Assembly (NCBI GenBank): GCA_977017575.1
Contig: CDRNVI010000062.1
Location: forward strand, 76,250-140,249
Direction of reading: 5' to 3'
Length of the DNA: 64,000 bases
Source: Paramoeba atlantica
Taxonomy: Eukaryota > Protista > Discosea
Shown one piece after another: positions 33,937-44,926 of this stretch. Position 1 is the stretch's first letter. Each line of letters starts with the position of its first letter. The position numbers and the translations under genes are program-made. The notes beneath the pieces were generated by a model. That model saw nothing but the letters and a program-made list of their open reading frames with translations, was not told the origin of the DNA and ran no database searches.

Positions 33937-34671
33937 AAAATCAAATAAGTGTGCTAAGTAATTTTATTTACTTATGGGCGGGGGGAGGGGGTAGGCTTCC
34001 GGTGGGCCTAGGGGGTGTACACCAAAAAGTAAAATATTTACGTTCAAGGCTCGTGATAAATTTGTAGTTATAAATGAGTGTATCAGGGTTACCCCTTTCT
34101 TTGGTAAAATCACGCGTATATTCCTTTTAGTAGATTTGTTACTAACCGTACAGATTTGTTAATAACCGTAAATTTCATTGAGATTTCCTCTCCAACAATG
34201 TCCGGATTCATGTAGCCTCGCCTTCGCCTTCTACGCCCCTGCCCCCACCCCCCACCCATTCCACGCTTTCTGTTCTTGCACTCAGATAAGTGCGTACGCC
34301 GCACCGAGACCGCGCCGAGACCGCACCGAATCCCCACCCGCAGCCCCTCACTTAATGACCACTTATTGTCCTTCCCTTCGCAACGCATTTGACAAGATTA
34401 GAGAGATGTAATTTATTTTTCTTCTTGTCTACCACGATTTCAAATCTAATGTTTTGGTGAAAAGCTACTTTGCTCCCCGTAAAAAATCTTGAATCTTTTT
34501 GGGGGCAAAAAAACCCTTTTGACCTACTTTTTGGTTTCTTCCGCCTCTCTACCAAGAACTTCTATTAGTCGATATGTACAAATTTCTAGAAAATTTACTG
34601 TAACAAAAATTATTGATTGTTCAATTAAAAGTTGCAGAGCTTCGCCAATAATTAAAAGCTCAATAATATTA

Positions 34672-35417
34672 CTGTCCCTTTCATAAAATCTGTCCCCCCT
34701 ACTTAAGAGTCCGTGGGGTACCCCCCCTACTTAAGAGTCCTTTTTGACGGATCCTCGGGCTGCCTGCGGCGCGAAGTGCTGCCAGATTTGTTTTTTGATT
34801 TTTTTCTATTTTCTTTGATTTTTTTTGTTGTCTGCCCATTGCGTTTAGTTGCGTTTTTAATATTTCTAAGCTATTTATATTTGATGGTACTCCGAGGAAG
34901 GAGCAGACTACGGGAAGGCATGTTACACAACCATCCTCCTCAGCCCTCTTCAACTCTCTCACGAACTGATCGAAGTTCTTCTCCCCTCCGATCACCCTCC
35001 TCACACGAGAACGGCAAATTTGCCGACCAAACCCCTTCATCTATCTCCCCACCTAACCACGGTAACCTTCCGTTACCCCATTCCGGGAGCCAAGCTCGTT
35101 CTCTTCTATCCCAAGTGTGCGCGGTATTGTATTACGAGTATCATTATATTCTCCTGCATATCAAGGGTCATATTCTGAATATTTATGACAGTTTTTTTTT
35201 GAACATGCCTCAGTAGCACGTCGGGTACAGACGCCGACCTTCATTAGACAAAAATAGAAAAAAAATAGAGAAACACATGGACAAAAAAGGAACCGGCCAT
35301 ATTGAAATTTTATGAAAAAATGCTGACCCCCCCACTTAAGAGTCCGAAAAATTGTGACCCCCCCACTTAAGAGTCCAAATGCCCAAAATCGGCGGACTCT
35401 TAAGGAGGGGGGGACAG
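34672..35417. mobile_element. TA-flanked MITE (CTGTCCCCCC...CTTAAG family)
   Basis: TA-CTGTCCC...GGGGGGACAG-TA; repeated CTTAAGAGTCC; related to 45224-46348. Confidence 0.75.
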
Positions 35418-35477
35418 TAATTTTAATTATAAAATATAAAACTTTTAGATTTATAATTACCCCCCCTCTAATAACTA

Positions 35478-36458
35478 CCGTCACCCCCCCCTTTATACTT
35501 CCGCCGGTTTCGGTACTTTTGGAAGTATAAAGGCGGGGGTCTGACTTTCGGAAGTATAAAGGGGGGGTCTGATTTTTTGAAAAATCCGCGAAACAAATAT
35601 TTTTGAAAAAGGGGCAAAAAAAAAAAATGCGCCGCTTCGCGGCGCTGGTTTCCTATTATTCTATCTAAAAATCAATCATCTAATCTCCAAACATGCAGGG
35701 CACAATGTTTGCTTCCGTGTTTCACTTGCACACAATCAACATACGCTGTATATTACGCTGTAGTGAATACGTGTCGGGACGATCTACCATTAGAAGCTTC
35801 ATGGGACAGTCTTTGAAACGAGGTACATTCGCCTTTGCTGCAGCAGGCGCATGTCCGCGCTGGCTGTCATCCCGCCCAGTTCGCTAAGGAGGAGTTCGTC
35901 ATTTTTTTCGCATCTCGACATGTTTGTCCTCGTGCAAACCCCATCGCGCTTGCGATCACGATAGACTTTTTTCTAGAAAAGTCCGACACCATTTTTTCGG
36001 ATGGAGCGGATGGTTCGAGATCAGACGCCGTACTTCTCGCTGATTTGTGGAGCACTGCTACTCGAATGACACACATTCAACTTCTCCTACATTGTTGGGT
36101 TCTTTCCTCCCTGGGGTGAACCGACGGACACTGGTAATGTCGCAGGCTCCGCGCTTGAAACCATTATTTCGTTGGGAGGCCGAACGCGATGAAGAGGGGG
36201 ATAAAGCTTAACCCACTGTGAGTATTGACATGGGAAAAAATACGGCAAATAATTTAAATGTATATCTAGCAATATCTCTACACACATCTCTAACGTTTAA
36301 TAAAAAAAATGTAGAAAATTGTTATAAAAAATGCTTCGCGGCGTATTTTTTTTGGGACCGGAAGTATAAAGGTGGGGGGCTGATTTTTCATCTGGATGAA
36401 AACGGAAGTATAAAGGGGGGGGTTGACCCCCCTGAAGTATAAAGGAGGGGGGTGACAG
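35478..36458 (-). mobile_element. TA-flanked element carrying a decayed pogo/Tigger-like HTH
   Basis: TA-CCGTCACCCCCCC...GGGGGTGACAG-TA; GAAGTATAAAGG repeats; minus-strand QISEKYGV*SRTIRSIRKN...RKR...DELL resembles the pogo N-terminus. Confidence 0.6.
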
Positions 36459-36629
36459 TAATTATAAATAGAAAATATACAGTGTTATATTTAATTACGG
36501 TATTATTTAATTACGCTTTTAAGGTTATTTTTGGCTAAAATTAATCTTAATCAAATTAACCGTAATATAATCCACTCGTAAATTAATAATTTTTGAACAC
36601 ACTTTTTGAGTAACGTTTAAGCGCCCAAG

Positions 36630-39100
36630 CCATTGGATTCGTCTGAGATCATTTTATAAAGGTTTGTGTTTCGCGCTGACGTAGTTCCCTGGCCATTTGC
36701 TTCTGAGAGAGCTTCTCCCCCGGGAAGAACAGGAAGCGTTTTACCGAGAGAATGAGGTTCCAGGCGGTCACAATCTTCTCGTCAGGGGATTTAGATGGGA
36801 ACCTACGGCAAACATGTGCTAAGTGTTCTCTCCACGCGGGGGTCTGGACTGCATAAAGTTTGCGCAGAGCCCCTCCCCAACAGTTCCGCCAGGTTTTCGG
36901 ACGGGGCGTGGTCGGTTCCTTCTGTATACGCGCTCTGTGTGCATGGGGGCGTAACGGAAACAGGTTCGGACGGAATTACGGCCGTGTGTGCGGGCTCCGG
37001 CTGGAGGGGGCTGGCCGTAATGGCTGCCACCGCGATCCCTTCGAGTATCATCTCGCTGACGAGCGGGGTGGGCTCCGCCATAAGGACCGGCGCGAGGCTG
37101 CCTTCCTCAGAGTGTGGCTCACCGGCGTGCTGGTTGCCATCCCCCTGACGAGGGAAGTTCGGTTCAGAACCTTTCGGGAGGTTACCGGCCTTTGCGGGAA
37201 TGCTGCGGGTTGCGGTGGGGCCCTAGCCTTAGGGGGGGATGTTACGTAAGGGCCTGAAGGGAGGCTGCGCACGACAGACCGAGTATTGCGAGTCTTGCGG
37301 TGAGGTCCCGGGTTAGCCTCGATGCAGCCCCGTCTCAGGTTGCATCGCACCAGTTCCGCCGACCACCCCGAGTCGGCGATTAAACCCTCAGAAGGGAGGA
37401 AACACCAGTATACGGACCCGTCTTCCGCCTCGAAAGGGGTCCATGTACATGCGAAGTCGTGAGCTAGTGCCAACGTGTGGCAAAGGAAGAAGGGAATATT
37501 TTCTGCGGGGAGGGGGGATTTCGTGTTGATGCACGAGCCGTGTGTTGTTCCGTCGAACACCCTGACATGGTGTCCGTATGGCGAATCGTTGAAAGGTACG
37601 AGCAGGGTGGCCCAAATGCTGGGCGAGGCGCCCACGTCCTCGTCTGTCTCCAGGTAGGGGCCTCCATGGTCGCTGGTGAGACATACGCGGTCCGACGGGA
37701 CCCCTAGCGTGCGGCCGACTGTGTGAGCTAAGCCTTGGAGTGGGCATCCGGGTGGGACCGGAACCATGATGTGCCCCATAGCGTGGGGCCCTAGATGCAG
37801 GTTAACCTTGGTCCAGACCTCCTCATGGAGTTCCGGAGGGGGAGGGGGGGCGTCCCTGGTGGGCCGTGCGCTCCCCCCGACTGGTGGCGAAATCGAGGGG
37901 CGTCAGCCATAGGGGGCGGCGGAGAGTTTACTTCAATGTGCCCACTCGCCGGGGTTGTCGGGGCCCTGTTTACTAAGGCGATGCGCTGCAGTTCCCCGAG
38001 CCACACGTTGTGGAGTTCGGAGGCTGAGGCCCACTGGAGGTCTGAGATATCTGAAGCTCCCCACCGGTGTTCCTTGAGAAGGTGGGCGGCGGTCGCGCGG
38101 ACAGCGGCCTGTTCGTGGACGAGCTTATGTTCCGCCAACTTCCGCTGATCGAGGAAGACTCGCCCACAAGTATGACAAAGATGTGCTCGATCCTCGACCA
38201 GTTTGCGTTCCCTATGCTCCTGCCTCGCGTCCTGGCAGAGTAGGGCGAGCCACTCTGAGATGATGTCGTCCCGCGCCCTCGCGAAGTCGGCCTTCAGAGC
38301 TCGGGCAGCGCTCGCTAGACGATGCTCTTCGACTTCGTGTCCGAGTACACTAGGTCCGAGGACACTCCATCCTTGCGTCCCCTATTGAAGAGAGCCCCCA
38401 TAATTTCGGCATTCTTAGATGCTATGATCGCAAGTTGGTCCTAGAGAGGGGGTGCTTTGTCAGTTACGGTGCCGGAGGGGTTCTGTACCTTGGGTTGATA
38501 GGCGCGGAGGGATGGGTGAGAGCAATCTGGCCTTGTCCGCGTAAGAGTGGGTCAAATGGGTGGGCGTCGGCCGAGGGGCGAAGGAGACCTGGGAGGAGGA
38601 GCGGGTGCGGGGGCCTTCGGCTTGACGGAGGCTCGGCTTGCGGGGAGCCGACCGGCCCCTGGACGTGGCGCGCGTGGGGGTAGAGAAACGTGAACGAGAG
38701 CGTGTTCTACGGCCTGGGGATGTGTCCCGTCCCGGGGAGATTCTGGCGGGTGATGAGTGGCTACCAGCGCTCTGGCGTTCGGCGCGGAGTTCAACACACC
38801 CCGGGCATAGAAGGTTAAAAGGTCGCCTCGGGGAGAAGGGCTGCGCGCAGAAACCACACGGCCGGTTGTCGAGGGAGGAGGAGGCCCCCGCGTGACGACG
38901 GGGGGAGGTCTGCTTGGGTCCACCGTGGGCGGGCCCGAGAGAAGAGGAGTGGTCCCGCGGAGATCGGGACAATCGTCGAGATGAATCAGCGCACGGCTGG
39001 CACATCCGGTGGGAGGGGGAGAGTGGTTCATACTTCGAACCTCAAGTTGCGCAAAACAAGATTCCCTGGAGCGGGGGTTTTGCCATGGGGGTAAAATAAC
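36630..39100 (-). mobile_element. Decayed 5' half of a non-LTR retroelement-like polyprotein (zinc fingers, 2A-like motif); CRE-like by inference
   Basis: GC-rich; CxxC pairs (CQPC, CGFC...CPGC); perfect C2H2 finger CHTCGRVFLDQRKLAEHKLVH at 38115-38177; GCIEANPGP at 37303-37329; several frameshifts; no RT motif preserved. Confidence 0.45.
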
Positions 39101-39943
39101 GAAGAAAATTTAACAAGGTACAGAAACTGTATCTTATCGTTAAAGTTAAATCTTTATCGGTAAAATGATATCGCAGAACATAACCTATTGAACACCAATT
39201 TAAATTTTAGAATTACAAGACGCTGTGGAGCAAATTTATGATCAAAGCGATGATGAAACTGACATGGAAGAAAACCGTTCTGAATTAGAAATGGTTCAAC
39301 GAATCTAAGTCATTCCGGATTGCTCCGATTGGTCACTGGCAGGCCAGACCCTTCACATGTAGATTTGAAACTTTCGAGGCCGAAGTCCTCTACCTGTTTT
39401 CGTTAGTACAAGGCGGCAACAACGTGCTGCTACCAACCCGTTGCGTCGACGAACCCAAGACAATCTTCAAAAGTTATCATTCCTGCAGCTACGTAGCATT
39501 CCTGTAGCCGTTAACATTCTCCCCGGAACGGTAAACCGGACTACGGTTTAAAATCCCGGTATGACGGCGTCGTCTTCACCAAGAAAGTTGCACCAAGAAC
39601 CTTTGTGCATCGATCTTTGTGCGCCATCTGTGTCCCCCCCTTTGAAGACCACTGGGCGTGGCCCTGCCTCGCCTTATCCCGATGCAACAGTCGGTTGCAG
39701 TGCACCCCTCCGGCTGTGTAAAGAGGTGGTAAGTTGTCTGGAGAATCTGACACCCCCCTTACTTCACCACACGTCCAGTGACTAAATGTGGTGAAGTAAG
39801 GGGGGAGGCGAAGTAAGGGGGGGTAACGGTATGTGGAAGCCGGGTTCAGGCGGGGGGTGCAGGGGGTGTAGGAGAGTGCAGGGAGGCTCTGCAGCTGGCA
39901 ATGAAACATTCTAAGGATTCACACAGATTGGTGCCCATACATG

Positions 39944-41104
39944 TGAGGGGCTGCGGGTGACGTTAACCGCGGTCTCGCACGGTCTCGGCGCGGTCTCGCG
40001 CGGTCTCATATTTGTAAAATGGGCTAGAGGGTAAAAACACGACTTGCAGATTAGGTAAAATGGTATTTGAGGTGAACACTAAACATCCGCTTTGACACAC
40101 TTAAAACCATCACGAATAATAAGCAGAACTTAAAATATGATCTTCTCTCTTTCTCCTTCAACTTTTCCTGAACGCGTCCTTTTTAGTTCAGCCGCGGGAA
40201 CGAGACTACACGGTCTGATGTTCTTATTTCTTTCGCCGTATAATAGGACGGCGTGGGGACATTCTTCTCCTGATCTGCAGCCGTGGGACAAGCTTCTGGG
40301 GTCTGAGATGCTGGCTTCTGAGATGCTTCATCCGCCCCTCGTTTGAGCCGGCGACGATGCCGGTAGGTCACGCAGGCACGAGAACGCCTCCCGGATACAG
40401 AGCGCCACAAACTATCCACGAAGTCTCCTACTTCGTTGTCCCGTCGAGGTGCATACATCGGGCTGAGTTCCAGGAAGCTTTGGAGATCCTGGGCAGCTTC
40501 TCCAACAAAGTAAACGGCGTGCGACGGAACATCCATAAGCAGATGCCCGCGGCGATCTACGATGTGAAGAATGGCGCGCTCCAGTATCTGTGGCGTAATG
40601 TCTATGCCACAAACGGAACGGCCCCCGTGAAGGAAACTATCCATGGTGCGATGAATGCGTTCCAGGATTTCTTCGACTTTTGCTCCTAGCTCTTCTTCTG
40701 TGATAATCAGCTTCGGAGGGGTAAATACGTTAACACGTTTCGTGAAAACCCTCTTGGTTGAAGCTAAAACAACCTCATAGATCGCCTTTTCACTTTCAAC
40801 CTCCGAGGGGTTCGCAATTCGAGCTTTTAGGTCAGCATTACTCTCAATTCCAGTCATTGACAAGACAAAAAGATACGGAAAGCGAATTAACAAACTAAAG
40901 ATGTTCAAAAATAGTCTTACTTCTATCTTCATCAAGGCCTACAATATGAGTACTCCATACACATCGTATATACGAAGTGAAAATTCTTTTTTATTCAAAT
41001 TATGCTCTACTCTCCATCCAAAAACTAGTATTTTTTTGTCTCTCCAAGCCAAGAGCAAACCGCGGTCTCGCGCGGTATCGTGTGCCACGACCCGCAGCCC
41101 CTCA
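39944..41104 (-). mobile_element. Non-autonomous relative of the 31820 element carrying only the accessory ORF
   Basis: TGAGGGGCTGCGGGT...ACCCGCAGCCCCTCA; CGCGGTCTCG subterminal repeats; TG flanks both ends; another TGAGGGGCTG begins at 41105. Confidence 0.85.
40183..40857 (-). CDS. Accessory protein homologue of 32051-32701
   Basis: Intact ORF; MTGIESN aligns with MNIESN, so the aligned ATG is 40857. Confidence 0.75.
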   Translation of the reverse strand: MTGIESNADLKARIANPSEVESEKAIYEVVLASTKRVFTKRVNVFTPPKLIITEEELGAKVEEILERIHRTMDSFLHGGRSVCGIDITPQILERAILHIVDRRGHLLMDVPSHAVYFVGEAAQDLQSFLELSPMYAPRRDNEVGDFVDSLWRSVSGRRSRACVTYRHRRRLKRGADEASQKPASQTPEACPTAADQEKNVPTPSYYTAKEIRTSDRVVSFPRLN

Positions 41105-41488
41105 TGAGGGGCTGTATGTTGACCCGTAAAACAGCAAAAAAAAGAGCCTTGGAAAATATGAACCTTGGAAAAAACAGTAAAATAGAGGAAAAAGCGAATC
41201 TAAAAGTTGTATAGTACCCTGAGTGTCCTCCACCATTTGTAGTACTTTTTTGGGTCTTTTTGGAACTGAATAATTGAGTTCATAACTATTTTTATAACTT
41301 TTTGAGGACATCTTTTTAAGGCCTTAATGCTTTTTATATAGCCTCTATAAGGCATTTGTGGTTGTTATAATGTTTTTTATCTCAGGAGAGAACTAGAGAA
41401 CTAGGAAGAAAAAAGAAACAAAGATATTTGCTAGGGGAACGAGATCTATCAAACACAATGGAGAGTCTGTAATTAGTATCTGTAGATA

Positions 41489-42253
41489 CAGGGAGTGGCA
41501 CGAAAATATGGGGGAGGGTCAAAATTTTTATAACTTGTCCAATTTTGAAAAGTAGCACCGCATTCGAGAGCTCTCGCAGAGTTACGTGTCACCTGATAAT
41601 GCATTTCCCGTATCCAGGGGGGTAGGCCCCTATGCCAAAGGAGCTGAAAACACCAATTGCAAGTTTCAAAATTTGAAAAATATCTCATTTAATATCCACA
41701 ATATCCTCCATTTTTTGGTAATGTAATCTTAATACGAGTTGGAACTGTCCTCAAAGTGTCTAAAAATGATTTTTTCTGTTCTCCTTTCAACAATTCAATC
41801 CCAGATGCGATCGCCGATCGCAACTCTGACCGATTTGTGGGGCATAATGAGCTTTCGTGGGCATCAGTTATCCCACAAATATTTTCTTCATACTTCCTTA
41901 CTAAAAGTATGTGGTGGGTAACTTTAAGCTGTCCTCGAGGACTGTAACAATTCCGATCACGGTGCTGTGCACCCCTGCTATTGAAATAATCCTGTTTCTG
42001 TGGGATAACGAGGCGAAAAGGTAAAAAAATAGAAGGAAAATACCTAAAATATCGAAAAAATCGAAGAATCTGAAAAAAATTGCAAGTTCCAAAAATGTAT
42101 TTTTTTGTCCCGAATAAAAACAAATTAAAAACACGGGAAACGCAGTATCAGGTGACACGTATCTCTGCGAGAGCTCTCGAATGCGGTGCTACTTTCCAAA
42201 ATTGGACAATTTATACGAATTTTAACCCCCCCATATTTTCGTGCCACCCTCTG
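41489..42253 (-). mobile_element. Internally deleted Tc1-like element with long TIRs
   Basis: TA-CAGGGAGTGGCACGAAAATATGGGG...CCCCATATTTTCGTGCCACCCTCTG-TA (about 120-bp TIR); Tc1 C-terminus ENICGI...TVPTRIKITLPKNGGYCGY*. Confidence 0.8.
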
Positions 42254-43698
42254 TATGTGCGGGTTTCTGTGAGTCGCTGTGGGCTGCTGTGGTTCGCTGC
42301 GAGTACTTTTTTTCGTCGGAAGACCCCGAAAGACTGGAAGAGGGACTTCAAAAGATTGGTGATGCTCAATGGCCAAAAAAAAGAAAGCTGACCATATCTA
42401 GAAAAAGTGTCCAGCTGGCCACTTTTTCAAGGGCGAACTCGCCGTGAAAAATCATGCCTTTTTTTGTTTCATTTGCTATGCCGTCGGCTACTGAAATGCG
42501 TTTCAAAAAGATGGTTCTGGAAGTTAGTTTGGGACCTGAGAAATATTCCACAAGCCTTCAAAAAGCTGTGGTCTGTCAATTTGGGGAACATAATCAAGCA
42601 TCTTCTCGTTTTTTTTGGATTGTAAATGCCCGCATTCCGAGTCGTGTTTTTGGTAAAAGGGTTCTAAAAACTGCTGACTGCACTCGATTCTTTTCATGTT
42701 TGGGGAATTACAGAGACTGATTCATGATCAATATCTCTGTTTTCAAAATTTCGATAAAAATCGTTTTTATGCTCGCTTTATGCCCATTTTGGGCTCGCGG
42801 AATTTATCTTAGTACAGTCCCGTTCCGGCCATATTGCAGGAGTTCTCTGGAGAGTGCGCCATGAAGATTGATAAAATAAGTGGTGTAAAAGTGATATTTG
42901 GAGGAAGAGGTTTAGTAGAAAAATATTCTAAAGACGGCAGCTGTTGAAATATAAATGCATAAATGCAGTCAAAAATACCAAAATGGAATGGAAAAGAAAG
43001 AGACACCTTCTGATGAGGAACGAAAAAAAGCGCGTTAGATACTCATCGCATCTCCCCCAATAAAATACCGGTGAAACGGTTATTAAGGATAAAAGTAATT
43101 AAGGCAGAACGGATTTAAAAATTTATTATTGCCTTAATTAAAGTGGCGCTGATAAAAGCCCAAAACAGTTCTTATTTAAATATTGTCGTTTGTAGCATAA
43201 ATATCACATTTCTGCTAAAAGTGTTCAATTTCTGATCATTTTGCATGTTTTTCGAACTTTTCTAGACGAGCTTCGCATGTTTCGCCTACCTTTACGGTCT
43301 TCAACCAGTTCAACGTGTGAGAGAAAAGCTAAAACGATCATTGAAAGGAGAAGTCCGAGACGGAATCATGAAATTATTTTTTCCCCCAAAATGACAAAAA
43401 ATTAATTATTGCCTTAATTAAAGCTGCCTTTAATTAAAGTTGCCTTAATTTTAATTACCCTTAATTGAAGTTTCTACGGTAATTTTTCCGCTAATTAATA
43501 TTCCGTTAACTTTTATTCCCATGATTATTATTCGGTCAATAAGTACTTTGACGGCATTTTTGACAAATTTAGACAAATTGCCCTATTGGAAGGAGAATCG
43601 CGCATGAGCCTATTAAATAGGGGGGATAGTATTTGTAAAAGGGACAGTAGTTATTTCCAAACCTTTCGCTTCTTATGACTCCGAAAAAAGTGATACAG

Positions 43699-44202
43699 TT
43701 ACTTTCTTTGTTCCACCAGCTTTTCAATGAGTGCGTTACCCTTCTTACGGAATTGTGCTGCCTCAACTGAAAGTGCCTTGCGTTGAGCGGCTGACAACTT
43801 CTGGTATTTGGCAGATACTTTCTTTACCGCAACTCGGAATAGCACCTTTCGATCTTTGCAGTTTTTCTTTTCCGCATTGTATATCGCTGGCATGTTACGC
43901 TGCACGAACAAACTATAAGGATGACATTTAGCACTTTGAACTTGAGCTTTCAGTGAATGTTTTCGCTTCATATTCTCGGCAGCAATCTTACTGTAGGACT
44001 GGACCTGAGCTGGAGATAACTTTTTAAAAGCGGCATGTGCTCCGGCGAGATCTGAGAATCCCTTTTTACCTTTGAAAAACTTTGACATAAATACACGCAG
44101 TGCACTTGTCGGGGCTGATTTTCCAGCCCACGGCTTATTGATAACTTTACGACGAAGCTTTGCGATGTTCTTGGCGAGGTTTGGAAGCGCACGAGAAAAC
44201 AT
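43699..44202 (-). CDS. KAP-like tandem HMG-box protein, copy 4 (167 aa)
   Basis: Intact paralogue; aligned ATG at 44202. Confidence 0.85.
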   Translation of the reverse strand: MFSRALPNLAKNIAKLRRKVINKPWAGKSAPTSALRVFMSKFFKGKKGFSDLAGAHAAFKKLSPAQVQSYSKIAAENMKRKHSLKAQVQSAKCHPYSLFVQRNMPAIYNAEKKNCKDRKVLFRVAVKKVSAKYQKLSAAQRKALSVEAAQFRKKGNALIEKLVEQRK

Positions 44203-44926
44203 TAGAGATAGAAAGACAGGGAGCAAGCTAAATAACCCAGTATAGCGTAGAATACCATTATCCGGAGGGATTGAACGAATAATACACACTTTTTTTTTGT
44301 GATTTCTTGAGTGACTTGTATGAAATGTTAACATTATTTGTTCGTTTTTCTAGAAACAAATGACTAGCACTACCTTTTCTCTGGCTCTTGAATGAACTAC
44401 ACGGGTTGTCCCCATTTTGAATGCGCTTTGCTAATTAGCCTGAGATCATTAGATTCTGCCACAGAAGAGGATTGCATATTACGGTTAAGAAACTATAAAC
44501 TTGTTGTGCAGAAAGTTTCCTGTGAGCATAGGTATGAAAGAATGTCGTGTATTCTCAAGGGCGATAAGTTTCACTGCCCCGTACGCTCGTACCGCAAGTT
44601 AATGTCACAGAATGGCCCCTTCAAACATTTAAAGACCAAAGTTTCTGCCAAGCAAATTTTTATTGGGATTGTATCATTCTCATATAGCATGCTCCGCACT
44701 GAAGTAGCAAAGGAAGAAGAAGTTTCTCAAAGAACCGCAGTCTTCCAACGCCGGACCATCGAAAAGGCACTGCCAGAAATTCGTCAGACCCGCCAGCGGG
44801 ATGCCCAGAGCACAGTCTTCTTTATGCAAGTTGACGAAACATGGTTCTCAAAAGTTAACAGCTATCCAAACTGTTCAGACGCTGGTGGAGTGCTCTCGTG
44901 GCAACAAGCTGGAAGAGATTCATGTC

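Larger units (their letters stand above)
31820..34350 (+). mobile_element. Complete two-ORF PIF/Harbinger-ISL2EU-like DNA transposon
   Basis: TIRs TGAGGGGCTGCGGGT / ACCCGCAGCCCCTCA with ACCGAGACCGC subterminal repeats; CT flanks both ends (or ACTT if the TIR is taken to start at GAGGGG); two intact ORFs. Confidence 0.9.
31380..34670. repeat. Inverted second copy of the 28371 composite MITE, split by the element at 31820-34350
   Basis: 31560-31817 is the reverse complement of 28770-29030; 34351-34670 is the reverse complement of about 28430-28769; 31383 carries the GAACGGTATATTAT end. Confidence 0.65.

Noticed and set aside
39300-42760. Coding-like fragments at 39300-39910 and 42330-42720 (also 55160-55530 and 60274-60850)
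   Set aside because: Multiple stops and no recognisable motif; I cannot assign them.
30660-44230. KAP copies as retroposed mRNAs
   Set aside because: Only short flanks are shared, which would fit, but no SL remnant, poly(A) tail or TSD is visible; left unresolved rather than claimed.
43699-44334. Longer N-termini of KAP copies 1, 4 and 5 given by the ORF track
   Set aside because: The extensions use near-cognate starts or non-conserved UTR sequence; all six copies align from MF(S/A/T)R.
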